The notes under the pieces were generated by a model. It did no database searches. It saw only the letters and a program-made list of their open reading frames with translations, and had not been told where the DNA came from. The translations under genes and the position numbers were made by a program. A stretch of DNA of 59,429 nt, counting the filler. It is 6 parts of 6 records of this genome, joined end to end, with 100 filler letters (N's around TTAATTAATTAA, not from the genome) between each part and the next. Parts side by side here need not be neighbours in the genome. Positions count along the whole stretch, not along the records: positions 48,612 to 53,652 come from DRR723986_9176; positions 53,753 to 59,429 come from DRR723986_9179; 4 more parts are not named here. One strand, written 5' to 3'. Of the stretch, positions 49,567-59,358 are shown piece by piece; position 1 is the stretch's first letter, and the number at the start of each line of letters is the position of its first letter.

Positions 49567-51369
49567 ATGCGATTGATGCGTCTCGTCACTTCGGGAATCG
49601 CGATCGCCTGCGCCACCGGCGCCTGGGCGAACGACGACCTGATCAGCCAGATGGAGGACCCCAAGCAATGGGCGATCCAGACCGGCGACTACAAGAACCA
49701 GCGCTATTCCAAGCTTGACCAGATCAACGCCGAGAACGTGGGCGATCTGCAGGTCGCCTGGACCTTCTCGACCGGCGTGCTGCGCGGCCACGAAGGCTCT
49801 CCGCTTGTCGTGGGCGACATCATGTACGTCCACACGCCCTTCCCGAACATCGTCTACGCGATGGACCTGAAGGAAGACGGCAAGATCATCTGGAAGTACG
49901 AGCCCAAGCAGGACCCGGACGTCATTCCGGTGATGTGCTGCGACACCGTGAACCGCGGCGTGGCCTATGCCGACGGCAAGATCTTCCTGCATCAGGCCGA
50001 CACCAAGGTCGTAGCGCTCGACGCCATGACCGGCGAAGTCGCATGGGAGGCGCTGAACGGCGACCCCTCCATCGGCGAGACCAACACCGCGACCGTGCTT
50101 CCGGTGAAGGACAAGATCATCGTCGGCATCTCGGGCGGTGAATTCGGTGTGCAGGGTCACGTGACCGCCTACAACATCGAAACCGGCGAGCAGGAATGGC
50201 GCGCCTACTCCGTGGGTCCGGACGACCAGATCCTGTTCAACCCCGAGACCACGATGGAACTGGGCAAGCCGGTCGGCGCCGACAGCTCGATCAACTCGTG
50301 GGAAGGCGATCAGTGGATGATCGGCGGCGGCACGACCTGGGGCTGGTACTCGGCCGACATGGAAGAAAACCTCTTCTACTACGGCTCGGGCAACCCCTCG
50401 ACCTGGAACCCGGCGCAGCGCCCGGGCGACAACAAGTGGTCGATGACCATCTTCGCCCGTGACATCGACACCGGCGAGGCCAAGTGGGTCTACCAGATGA
50501 CGCCCCATGACGAATGGGACTTCGACGGCGTCAACGAGATGATCCTGACGGAGCAGGAGATCGACGGCGAAGAGCGCAAGCTGCTGACCCACTTCGACCG
50601 GAACGGCCTTGGCTACACCCTCGACCGCGTGACGGGCGAGCTTCTGGTGGCGGAAAAGTACGACCCCGTCGTGAACTGGACCAGCGGCGTCGACATGGAC
50701 CCCGAGTCGGAGACCTACGGTCGCCCGGCGGTCGTGGCCGAGTACTCGACCGAACAGAACGGCGAGGACGTCAACTCCACCGGCATCTGCCCGGCGGCGC
50801 TTGGCTCCAAGGACCAGCAGCCGGCAGCCTACTCGCCGGACACCCAGCTGTTCTACGTGCCGACCAACCACGTCTGCATGGACTACGAGCCGTTCCGCGT
50901 GGCCTACACCGCCGGTCAGCCCTATGTCGGCGCGACGCTCTCGATGTACCCGGCGCCCGACAGCCATGGCGGCATGGGCAACTTCATCGCCTGGGACAAC
51001 GTCGCGGGTGAAATCAAGTGGTCCCTGCCCGAGCAGTTCTCGGTCTGGTCCGGCGCTCTGGCCACTGCGGGCAACGTGGTGTTCTACGGCACGCTCGAAG
51101 GCTACCTGAAGGCGGTGCACGCCGAGACGGGCGAGGAACTGTACAAGTTCAAGACCCCCTCGGGCATCATCGGCAACGTGATGACCTACGAGCATGACGG
51201 CAAGCAGTACATCGGCATCCTCTCGGGGATCGGTGGCTGGGCCGGCATCGGTCTCGCGGCCGGTCTGACCAACCCGAACGACGGCCTCGGTGCCGTCGGC
51301 GGCTATGCGGCGCTGAGCGACTACACCGCTCTGGGTGGCCAGCTGACCGTCTTCAAGCTGCCCGACTGA
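49567..51369 (+). CDS. xoxF: Lanthanide-dependent PQQ methanol dehydrogenase
   Basis: Vicinal CC (MCCDTVNRG), GGEFG, and [13 protein letters not shown] with the extra Ln-binding Asp (MxaF has Ala). Confidence 0.95.
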   Translation: MRLMRLVTSGIAIACATGAWANDDLISQMEDPKQWAIQTGDYKNQRYSKLDQINAENVGDLQVAWTFSTGVLRGHEGSPLVVGDIMYVHTPFPNIVYAMDLKEDGKIIWKYEPKQDPDVIPVMCCDTVNRGVAYADGKIFLHQADTKVVALDAMTGEVAWEALNGDPSIGETNTATVLPVKDKIIVGISGGEFGVQGHVTAYNIETGEQEWRAYSVGPDDQILFNPETTMELGKPVGADSSINSWEGDQWMIGGGTTWGWYSADMEENLFYYGSGNPSTWNPAQRPGDNKWSMTIFARDIDTGEAKWVYQMTPHDEWDFDGVNEMILTEQEIDGEERKLLTHFDRNGLGYTLDRVTGELLVAEKYDPVVNWTSGVDMDPESETYGRPAVVAEYSTEQNGEDVNSTGICPAALGSKDQQPAAYSPDTQLFYVPTNHVCMDYEPFRVAYTAGQPYVGATLSMYPAPDSHGGMGNFIAWDNVAGEIKWSLPEQFSVWSGALATAGNVVFYGTLEGYLKAVHAETGEELYKFKTPSGIIGNVMTYEHDGKQYIGILSGIGGWAGIGLAAGLTNPNDGLGAVGGYAALSDYTALGGQLTVFKLPD

Positions 51370-51446
51370 TCGTCGGAACGCCTTCGGGGCCGGCGGGCGC
51401 ACGCCGCGCCGGCCCCACTTCTAACCAAAGCGACAGGGTGACCCTC

Positions 51447-51986
51447 ATGATGCGGACCGCATCCAGATTTCTCGTAGCCGCCGCCGTTACGGCGCTTGTT
51501 CCCGCCGTCGCCAGCGCCCAAAGCTGGAGCGATCAGCCGGTCAAACCCGAAGACCACGAGGCCGCCGCCGCCGTGTCCTACGAGGATGGCGGGATGTACT
51601 ACAACGAGGACGACATCCTGACCTACAACGTGGGCGAGGATGGCACGGTCGACTGGCTGACCTTCTCGGGGTTCCGCCGCTACCACTCGGAATGCCACGT
51701 CTGCCACGGCCCCGACGGCGAAGGATCGACTTACGCGCCCAAGATCAAGAATTCCGCCGTGAACATGGACTACTACGACTTCTACGATGTCGTGGTGAAC
51801 GGCCGCAAGAACGGCAATTCGGTGATGCCGCACTTCGGCGACAACCCGAACGTGATGTGCTACCTGAACGACATCTACGTCTACCTCAAGGCCCGGGGCA
51901 TGGACGCCATTCCGCGCGGACGTCCGGGCAAGAAAGAGGCCAAGTCCGACATGATCGGAGAGATGGAAAATGCCTGCATGGGCTGA
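51447..51986 (+). CDS. xoxG: XoxG c-type cytochrome
   Basis: GFRRYHSECHVCHGPDG, MPHFG, YLKAR; follows xoxF. Confidence 0.85.
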   Translation: MMRTASRFLVAAAVTALVPAVASAQSWSDQPVKPEDHEAAAAVSYEDGGMYYNEDDILTYNVGEDGTVDWLTFSGFRRYHSECHVCHGPDGEGSTYAPKIKNSAVNMDYYDFYDVVVNGRKNGNSVMPHFGDNPNVMCYLNDIYVYLKARGMDAIPRGRPGKKEAKSDMIGEMENACMG

Positions 51987-52815
51987 TCTGACCCGGCGCC
52001 TTTCGGCTCTGGTCGCGGTGGCCCTTCTGGCCGCCGGGCCGGTGTCGGCGCAGACTTCGGACCTCGTTTCGCGGTCCTCGCTCCGGGTCTGCGCCGATCC
52101 GGCCAACGCGCCCATGTCCTCGGAGGATCTGACCGGCTACGAGAACAAGCTGGCCGATCTGGTGGGCGAGAAGCTGGGCTTGCCGGTCCGCTACACGTGG
52201 TTCCCCATGGCCACCGGCTTTGTACGCAACACGCTGAAGCCCAAGAAATGCGACGTCATCATGGGCTATGCGCAGGGCCACGAACTGGTCCTGAACACCA
52301 ACCACTACATGACCTCTGTCTTCACGCTCGTGGTGCCCTCGGACGGGCCGCTGGCCGATGTCGACACGCTGTCGGACGACCGCCTGAAGGGGCGGCGGAT
52401 CGGTGTCATCGCGGGCAGCCCGCCGGCGACGCACATGGCCCGTAACGGGCTGATCGGCAAGGCCAAGGCCTACAACCTCTTCGTCGACCGCCGCGTGGAA
52501 AGCCCGGCGCTGGACATGCTCGACGATCTCGAGGCCGGAGAGATCGACGCCGCGATCCTCTGGGGTCCGCTGGCCGGTCCGCTGGTCAAGACCGACCATC
52601 CCGGCATGACGGTGATCCCGCTGGTCAAGGAGGCGCTGCCGCCCAAGCTCTACTACCGCATCACCATGGGCGTGCGGCAGGGCGAGAAGGTCTGGCAGCG
52701 CGAACTCAACTCTCTGATCCGCCGCAATCAGGATGAGATCAACGCCCTTCTGGCCGAGGCCGGCGTGCCCCTCGTGAACGACATGGGCGACGCGGTGCTG
52801 GACGTCTCGCAATGA
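51970..52815 (+). CDS. xoxJ: XoxJ/MxaJ-like periplasmic binding protein
   Basis: LRVCADPAN, GFVRNTL, ILWGPLAG, MGVR. Confidence 0.88.
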   Translation: MPAWADLTRRLSALVAVALLAAGPVSAQTSDLVSRSSLRVCADPANAPMSSEDLTGYENKLADLVGEKLGLPVRYTWFPMATGFVRNTLKPKKCDVIMGYAQGHELVLNTNHYMTSVFTLVVPSDGPLADVDTLSDDRLKGRRIGVIAGSPPATHMARNGLIGKAKAYNLFVDRRVESPALDMLDDLEAGEIDAAILWGPLAGPLVKTDHPGMTVIPLVKEALPPKLYYRITMGVRQGEKVWQRELNSLIRRNQDEINALLAEAGVPLVNDMGDAVLDVSQ

Positions 52816-53360
52816 TCCGGGCGCTGGCGGTCCTGCTGCTTGCGGGTCTGCCGGGCGCCTGTCTGGCCGAGGTGCCGGAGCCTGCGGGCTACCGGATGGA
52901 GGACTACCGCGCCCCGGTCCCCGCCTCGCTTACGGGCGGCACGGTCGTCGGCCCAGAGGGGGCGCATGCCCTCTGGGAAGCCGGTGCCGCCTTCATCGAC
53001 GTGCTGCCTCAGGCGCCAAAGCCGCAGGGCCTGCCCGAGGGCACGATCTGGCGCGACAAACCCCGCGACACCATCCCCGGCGCGCTCTGGTTGCCGAACG
53101 TCGGTTACGGAGCCATCGCCGAGGTCACGGCGGACTACTTCCGTCGGGGGTTGGAAGAGGCCACCGGGGGCGATCCCTCCCACCCGGTGGTCTTTTTCTG
53201 CCTCGAGGACTGCTGGATGAGCTGGAATGCCGCGAAGCGCGCCTTGGAATGGGGCTATTCCGACGTCCACTGGCTGCCCGAGGGCACCGATGGCTGGGCG
53301 CTTTGGGATTACCCGCTGGAGCGGGTCGAGCCCATGGACGGCCAGCCGCAGACGCCATAG
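52812..53360 (+). CDS. PQQ-associated rhodanese-like CXXCW protein
   Basis: IPGALWLP, FCLEDCWMSWNAAKRA, GTDGW. Confidence 0.85.
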   Translation: MIRALAVLLLAGLPGACLAEVPEPAGYRMEDYRAPVPASLTGGTVVGPEGAHALWEAGAAFIDVLPQAPKPQGLPEGTIWRDKPRDTIPGALWLPNVGYGAIAEVTADYFRRGLEEATGGDPSHPVVFFCLEDCWMSWNAAKRALEWGYSDVHWLPEGTDGWALWDYPLERVEPMDGQPQTP

Positions 53361-53625
53361 CCGCTGCCGATCCCCGGCATCGAAGCGGGACCCGTGGCCT
53401 CGGCTTTGCCGATGATGCTGCGGGCCAAGTCCCGTGACCTCGACAATGCCGTCGTTCGACGTGGCGGGTGAGCCGGCGCGGGGAACAATGCCGCTGGCGC
53501 CGGCGACCTGATGCGACCCGCCTATGTCCTGCTCGATCTGTTTCCCTCCGGCGCTCTCTATACAGAGAGGACACAGCCCGTGCCTGCATGGCCTAGGCCG
53601 TTCGGGATCCTGTTCCGGAGGGAAG

Positions 53626-53652
53626 TGGTGCCGCTGAAGGGACTCGAACCCC
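53626..53652 (-). tRNA. 3' part of a tRNA (probably Thr), cut by the gap
   Basis: Minus strand GGGGTTCGAGTCCCTTCAGCGGCACCA: T-arm, acceptor 3' strand and CCA; anticodon not visible, Thr inferred from the acceptor stem. Confidence 0.75.
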
Positions 53653-53752
53653 NNNNNNNNNNNNNNNNNNNNNNNNNNNNNNNNNNNNNNNNNNNNTTAA
53701 TTAATTAANNNNNNNNNNNNNNNNNNNNNNNNNNNNNNNNNNNNNNNNNNNN
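53653..53752. other. Artificial contig spacer
   Basis: 44 N + TTAATTAATTAA + 44 N. Confidence 0.99.
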
Positions 53753-53922
53753 TTCAGCTGTGAGCACTTAGGGCTGTGAGCCAATGGCTCACAGCTGGTG
53801 GGGATTGTCACAAGACCCAAAACTTCAACCACTCAGCCTCAATTCCCGGCCGCTCAGCCGCTCTCAGACACGCCTCAGTCTACATGCCTTGAATATTTGA
53901 GTCTTCCAACAGGCTCGGAATT
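53753..53922. repeat. Palindromic dispersed repeat (REP-like), related to 20854-21008
   Basis: Perfect GCTGTGAGCC-AAT-GGCTCACAGC hairpin (53773-53795), a second GCTGTGAGC, and CCCGGCCGCTCAG. Confidence 0.6.
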
Positions 53923-54935
53923 CACGCAGCAACAATCGCAAATTCCGTGCGCTCAGCCACGCGCATCTTGGCGCTGCGGGCACGTGGATTACGTCCAATC
54001 TCCGTATTGCCCGGAAGCTCAGGACGTTTAGTCAAAACCTTGAGAATGGGGTCGATTTCGCGGTAGTTGCTCTTGAGATTCGTCGGGTCGGGAACGCGCG
54101 TGGCGGCGAATTCCTTAAACACCTGCTTGACAATGCGGTCTTCAAGCGAGTGATAACTTAAGACAACAATACGTCCACCGGCGCAGAGAAGTGGCACTAC
54201 GCCGCGCAATGTTTGTTCCAATACTTTAAGTTCGTCGTTGACAGCAATGCGCAGCGCCTGGAAGACGCGCGCCAGGGTTTTCTGGTGGAGATGTGGCGGC
54301 ACACAAGCTTCAACTTCGTGCCGCAATTCAAAGGTGGTGGAGAGTGGAGCGGCACGGCGGCTGCCCATCAGCCGCCGTGCAATCCGTTTCGCATTCGGTT
54401 CCTCACCGTATTGACGTAATAAGCGCTCCAGGTCCCTCTCATCGGTGGTGGCAAGAAGATCTGCCGCTGACTGCCCGCTTGAGCCGAACCGCATATCAAG
54501 CGGCCCGTTCACGCGATAACTCAATCCGATACTATCAGTATCGAGTTGATGGGAGCTAACTCCCAAATCAAGCAGCAAACCTTTTAGGCAAGGAAAATCC
54601 TTACCTTCCTCTATGCTGCATGCCTTAACAAAATTTTCGTGGCGCAAGTCCAGACGCACTCCCGCGTCCGGGGCCAAATACTGCTTAAACTTTTCGCGGC
54701 CGCGCTCGATTGCCACCATGTCCTCATCAAAGGAGATGAGTTTGGCAGGAGCCTGCAGGCGCTGCAGAATTTCGCCACTGTGCCCGCCGCCGCCGAAGGT
54801 GCCGTCGGCATACAAAGCCGAACGGTCCGTGATTAACATGTCAAGTGTTTCCTGCAGCATCACCGGAACGTGATAGTCGGAGGAAGCGGCGCCGCCGGAG
54901 CGCTCTCCGCCTTTTGCCTTGGGTCTGGACTTCAT
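53922..54935 (-). CDS. rsmH: 16S rRNA m4C1402 methyltransferase
   Basis: HVPVM, DGTFGGGGHS, DLGVSSHQLD, FQALRIAVNDEL, SYHSLEDRIVK, NPRARSAK. Confidence 0.97.
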   Translation of the reverse strand: MKSRPKAKGGERSGGAASSDYHVPVMLQETLDMLITDRSALYADGTFGGGGHSGEILQRLQAPAKLISFDEDMVAIERGREKFKQYLAPDAGVRLDLRHENFVKACSIEEGKDFPCLKGLLLDLGVSSHQLDTDSIGLSYRVNGPLDMRFGSSGQSAADLLATTDERDLERLLRQYGEEPNAKRIARRLMGSRRAAPLSTTFELRHEVEACVPPHLHQKTLARVFQALRIAVNDELKVLEQTLRGVVPLLCAGGRIVVLSYHSLEDRIVKQVFKEFAATRVPDPTNLKSNYREIDPILKVLTKRPELPGNTEIGRNPRARSAKMRVAERTEFAIVAA

Positions 54936-54977
54936 ACGCGTTTCCGCCGTTTTAAATAACCATGTACATGACCATGA

Positions 54978-55421
54978 TTACATGCCCATGACCTTGGCGG
55001 CCACATCGTTGTAAGATTCGCTTTGTCCGGCCAGGTAGGCGTCGAACTCCTGCGGATCCCAAAATTCAATGTGATCAATCATGCCGACGATCGTGACTTT
55101 GCCGGAGATTCCAGCGAATTCAACGTGTTTGCGCGGCAGACTGACGCGTTGCTGGCCATCCAGCGTGACTTCTTCACTCCATGCAAGGAACATTCTGAGG
55201 AAGTAGCGCTCCTGATCATTAAACTGATTCAGTTTAGCAAAACGCTCTTCATAGGTACGCCATTCGTTCTGCGGATAGGCTACGATACATTTGTCCACGC
55301 CGCGTGACACGACAAAAGTATCGTTCGCCTCAGCGGCGATGCTTTTGCGCATCTTGGCCGGCACGTTGACGCGACCCTTATTGTCAATTGAGTATGTTTC
55401 GCGGCCCTTAAAGAAGCCCAT
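54978..55421 (-). CDS. mraZ: Division/cell-wall cluster repressor MraZ
   Basis: DNKGRV.VP and LDGQQRV.LP AbrB repeats; upstream of rsmH. Confidence 0.96.
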   Translation of the reverse strand: MGFFKGRETYSIDNKGRVNVPAKMRKSIAAEANDTFVVSRGVDKCIVAYPQNEWRTYEERFAKLNQFNDQERYFLRMFLAWSEEVTLDGQQRVSLPRKHVEFAGISGKVTIVGMIDHIEFWDPQEFDAYLAGQSESYNDVAAKVMGM

Positions 55422-55520
55422 TGAAACATGCCCCGCTTAGTGGACATTCTGTGTAGACATAAACGCCGTACTAACGGCAAAGTGCGGGGTGGGCTCCTGA
55501 ACCCTAGCCTGGGACAATCT

Positions 55521-55545
55521 CCCACTTTCACCCACAGCACACCAC
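55521..55545 (-). promoter_or_regulatory. MraZ-binding direct repeats, proximal set
   Basis: GTGGT/GTGGG/GTGGG at exact 10-nt period on the minus strand. Confidence 0.75.
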
Positions 55546-55658
55546 AAATCAACAAAATCCCCCCCGTAAGTCCAAACTAATTCTTTGGATTTAGCCCAAT
55601 TGTGGATACTTTTTTTAGGGGATGCGCATTCTGACAGGACTTAAAATCCGGTGAACAT

Positions 55659-55695
55659 CCCATTTTGCCCCATTTTCCGCCCCACAATCCCCCAC
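55659..55695 (-). promoter_or_regulatory. MraZ-binding direct repeats, distal set
   Basis: Four (G/A)TGGG units spaced 10, 12 and 10 nt. Confidence 0.55.
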
Positions 55696-55929
55696 TCCAG
55701 ACAGACTGATCTACCCCTAACTGAAGCCACAGTGACTAACAAAATGGATATGGGGCCGCCCCTTAAAGGGCATGGCCCTCTGCCAACACGCCTGCGATGA
55801 TGCTTTGATGCTGATGTTATTCGCGGTAATTTTGAGGTCTTCTTTTGGAAATTGACGGGAACGCAGCTGCAATCCGCGCGACGCTTCCCGCAGCAAACCG
55901 ACTACGTCCCTGCTAGAAACACACGTGAT

Positions 55930-57183
55930 ATGAACCAGAGTTCGCTTGCCGACAGTCCTCCACGGAAGGCCGCCGGTGAACCACATATAATGAGTCCCGC
56001 TCCGGCAGCGCCCATGCCCACGCCGCCGGTCACACCTGTAAACGGTGAGGCCACGCCTGTACACGAGCGTTTTTATGTGCTGGACTGCGTGCGTTTGATC
56101 GCCATGCTGATGATGATGCAGGGACATACGATTGACGCCCTGCTGGCGCGTGAGTGGATTGTGGTGGACCAGTTTCCGTGGACGACCTGGCAGTTTATTC
56201 GCGGGCTGACGGCACCGGTTTTCCTACTGGTTTCGGGCGCGGTGCACGTTTTTGCCACCAAACGCGCGTCCAACGGCCTACCCAAACCTGAGCTGTTGAA
56301 GCGGCGCCTGCGCTGGGCCCTGACGCTGATTGGCATTGGATACATGATGACGTTTCCGGCGAATGACATGATTGACGTGTTCTTTATGCCGGCGCACAGC
56401 TTTTTCAAATTTTGGCAGATAAATATCCTGCAGCTGAGTGGTGTGGCGCTCCTGATGTTGATGGGAGCATTCCTGCTGACGCGCAATACCAAAACACTCA
56501 ACGGCCTGTCCTTGAGCCTGGGCGTACTGATGATTGTCGCGACGCCCTACGTACATGCGGTCGATTGGTTTGCACATATTCCGGCCTTCATCGCCAATTA
56601 CATGAGCCACACGCACGGTTCACTTTTCCCGATTTTCCCGTTTGCGGCCTATCTGTTTCTGGGCGTACCGATTGGTCGTTTCCTGCAGCAGCTGCCGGCG
56701 GAGAATCGCGAACAACGTTTTGCACTGGCGATGCTGATTGGCGGACTGGCAATTGTGGGACTAACAATGTTGCTGCAGTCGCTGGACGTTACAATCTGGC
56801 CGCAACATGATTACTATCTCTCGGGTCCGGGGTTCATGTTCGAACGTCTGGGCTGGTCGCTGGTGTTTATTGGGATAGCCACCGGGCTTTTTGTCCTTAC
56901 GCGCGGCCTGCAGAAACACTACGTCACGTTGGGCAGCAAAGCCCTGCACATTTATGTGGGACATTTGATTCTGCTGTACGGCACGCCCTGGTACGCGGGA
57001 TATGCCAAATCACATTACCAGACGATGACGCTGTGGGAAAGCCTGCTGGCGGCCGCACTGGTGATCGGCATTTGCATCTGCGCCGTGTATATTTACGACT
57101 ACTGGCGACGCGAACGGCGCATCCTGTGGAGTGTAACACGTTACACGGCCGTGGGCGCGTTGGTCTACGCACTGATTTTCTGA
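55930..57183 (+). CDS. DUF1624 / HGSNAT-like membrane acyltransferase (start uncertain)
   Basis: R...LD..R..AML.M...H, AP.FL.VSG, ILQ, FPIFP; ~10 TM. Confidence 0.7.
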   Translation: MNQSSLADSPPRKAAGEPHIMSPAPAAPMPTPPVTPVNGEATPVHERFYVLDCVRLIAMLMMMQGHTIDALLAREWIVVDQFPWTTWQFIRGLTAPVFLLVSGAVHVFATKRASNGLPKPELLKRRLRWALTLIGIGYMMTFPANDMIDVFFMPAHSFFKFWQINILQLSGVALLMLMGAFLLTRNTKTLNGLSLSLGVLMIVATPYVHAVDWFAHIPAFIANYMSHTHGSLFPIFPFAAYLFLGVPIGRFLQQLPAENREQRFALAMLIGGLAIVGLTMLLQSLDVTIWPQHDYYLSGPGFMFERLGWSLVFIGIATGLFVLTRGLQKHYVTLGSKALHIYVGHLILLYGTPWYAGYAKSHYQTMTLWESLLAAALVIGICICAVYIYDYWRRERRILWSVTRYTAVGALVYALIF

Positions 57184-57219
57184 GAATTACGACACGCAAT
57201 CATTACGTGAGAATAGAGT

Positions 57220-59358
57220 ATGCTTCAGGTTTTTCAGCATCAAAATACTGGCGAAGTCCTGGTAGAGGAACTGCCTGAGCCGCTGTGCCCACCGGGCGGA
57301 ATTCTGGTACGCACACACAACTCACTGATCTCCGCCGGCACGGAACGCAGCTCGGTGGCCAAAGCCGAAAAGTCCCTGATTGCGCGAGCGCGTTCGCAAA
57401 AGGAAGACGTTAAAACGGTGCTGGAGAGCCTCCAGAAAGACGGTATCTCCGCCACATACCGCAAAGTCATGAATGCGCTGAATTCCTATCGGCCGCTGGG
57501 CTACAGCACGGCAGGCACGGTAATCCGCAGCCATTCGCCACAGTTTAACGTTGGCGATCGCGTCGCATGCGCCGGAAATGCGCAGGCCTATCACGCGGAA
57601 CTTAACGCCGTACCTTCGAATCTGGCGGCACATATTCCCGACGGCGTGGCTTTTGAGGATGCGGCCTACACGACGCTCGGCGCGATTGCCATGCAGGGAG
57701 TGCGTCAGGCCGATCTACGCCTGGGCGAAACTGTCGCCGTAATTGGCCTGGGGCTGCTCGGACAAATTACGGTACAATTGTTAAAAGCGTCGGGCTGCCG
57801 CGTAATTGGCCTGGATATTGACCAAGACTCGCTGGAGTTGGCCGAAAAATTGGGCGCTGACGCAACGGCCGTCAGTTCGCCGGATGCGATTGCGCGCGTG
57901 ATGGCGTTTGCACGTGGCAAAGGCGTCGACGCGGTGTTAATTACAGCAGCGACGTCGAGTAATGAGCCGCTCGAAATTGCACTCAAGATGGCACGCCGCA
58001 AAGCCAAAGTTGTAATTGTCGGCGCTGTTAACATGGATGTGCCGCGCTCGCCGTTTTACGAGAAGGAACAGGAGCTGCTAATCTCCTGCAGCTATGGTCC
58101 GGGCCGCTACGATCCGAACTACGAGGAGAAAGGCCAGGACTATCCCTTTGAATATGTGCGCTGGACGGAACAGCGCAATATGATGGCTTTTCTGGACCTC
58201 CTGGCTTCCGGTGCAATTACCATGCAGGCGCTAACGACACATCGGATTAACATTCAGGAAGCGGCCGGCGCCTACGATCTGATTATGGGTCGTGTTAAGG
58301 AAAAATACCTTGGGATTGTCTTAAACTATCCCGAGCGCGAGCAAAAAACGGATCTGGCGGTGTCAACACCGCGCGGCGGCAAGATACATGCGGGGCGCAC
58401 GGGCATGGCGTTTATCGGCGCGGGTGCTTTTGCGCAAACCAACCTCCTGCCCTACCTGCGCAATGACTCGATTGACTTTAGCGTTTTGGTTGGCGCAACG
58501 CCGGTGCGCGTTCGCTCGGTGGCTGAGAACTTTGGGTTCCGTGAATTCACTACGGATGTTAAACAAGCGCTCAAAAATGACAAGGTGCAACTCGTAGCCT
58601 GCGCCACACGTCACGACACACATGCAGAGTACGTCAGCGCGGCACTCAATGCCGGCAAGGATGTATTTGTAGAAAAACCGCTGGCAATTAATCGTGCGGA
58701 GCTTAAACAGGTTGACGCCGCCTATCGCGCCAATTCCGGCCGACTCCTGGTTGGTTTTAACAGACGTTTTTCGCCGCCGCTGCAGCGCATGCGTGATTTT
58801 TTCTCTGGTCGTCAGGAGCCGCTGTCGATGCATTACCGTGTTAACGCGGGCGCAATTCCAGCTTCACATTGGTCGCAGGATCCGGCGCAGGGCGGACGCA
58901 TTATTGGTGAGGGCTGCCACTTCATTGACACTATGGCTTTTCTGGCCGATGCGGACCCCGTCAGCGTTTGTGCGATGAGTGTGCGCAGTGAGGCTTCACA
59001 TTTACACCTGCAGGACGTCGTCACTATCATGTTAACATTTGCCGATGGTTCGGTGGGCACGGTGCATTATTGCGCCAACGGCGCCAAGGGCCTGGGCAAG
59101 GAGTACATGGAAGTTCACGGCGAAGGACGCAGCGCCCTGATGGACAATTTCGCGTCACTTAAACTGCACTGGAACGGCAAAAACAACAGCGATACGTTTG
59201 GCGGCGGCAAAGGCCACGCGGAAGAAATTGCAGCAATGGTCGCAGCAGTTAACAGCGGCTCGCCGTTTCCGATTGCTTACGAAACACTCCACAGCGTCAC
59301 ACTCTCAACGTTTGCGGCAATTGAATCGCTGGAACGCGGCGGGACTGTTAAGGTTTAG
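57220..59358 (+). CDS. Bi-domain oxidoreductase (MDR alcohol dehydrogenase + Gfo/Idh/MocA)
   Basis: ISAGTE, GLGLLG, SYGPGRYD; then GAGAF, EKP, GFNRRFSP, GEGCHFID. Confidence 0.88.
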   Translation: MLQVFQHQNTGEVLVEELPEPLCPPGGILVRTHNSLISAGTERSSVAKAEKSLIARARSQKEDVKTVLESLQKDGISATYRKVMNALNSYRPLGYSTAGTVIRSHSPQFNVGDRVACAGNAQAYHAELNAVPSNLAAHIPDGVAFEDAAYTTLGAIAMQGVRQADLRLGETVAVIGLGLLGQITVQLLKASGCRVIGLDIDQDSLELAEKLGADATAVSSPDAIARVMAFARGKGVDAVLITAATSSNEPLEIALKMARRKAKVVIVGAVNMDVPRSPFYEKEQELLISCSYGPGRYDPNYEEKGQDYPFEYVRWTEQRNMMAFLDLLASGAITMQALTTHRINIQEAAGAYDLIMGRVKEKYLGIVLNYPEREQKTDLAVSTPRGGKIHAGRTGMAFIGAGAFAQTNLLPYLRNDSIDFSVLVGATPVRVRSVAENFGFREFTTDVKQALKNDKVQLVACATRHDTHAEYVSAALNAGKDVFVEKPLAINRAELKQVDAAYRANSGRLLVGFNRRFSPPLQRMRDFFSGRQEPLSMHYRVNAGAIPASHWSQDPAQGGRIIGEGCHFIDTMAFLADADPVSVCAMSVRSEASHLHLQDVVTIMLTFADGSVGTVHYCANGAKGLGKEYMEVHGEGRSALMDNFASLKLHWNGKNNSDTFGGGKGHAEEIAAMVAAVNSGSPFPIAYETLHSVTLSTFAAIESLERGGTVKV

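Noticed and set aside
49567-51369. mxaF assignment
   Set aside because: Has D-F-D rather than D-F-A and there is no mxaI.
49258-51402. 714-aa antisense ORF, and similar ones at 6352-7761, 9069-10532 and 12722-13720
   Set aside because: Shadow frames of high-GC genes with no recognisable domains.
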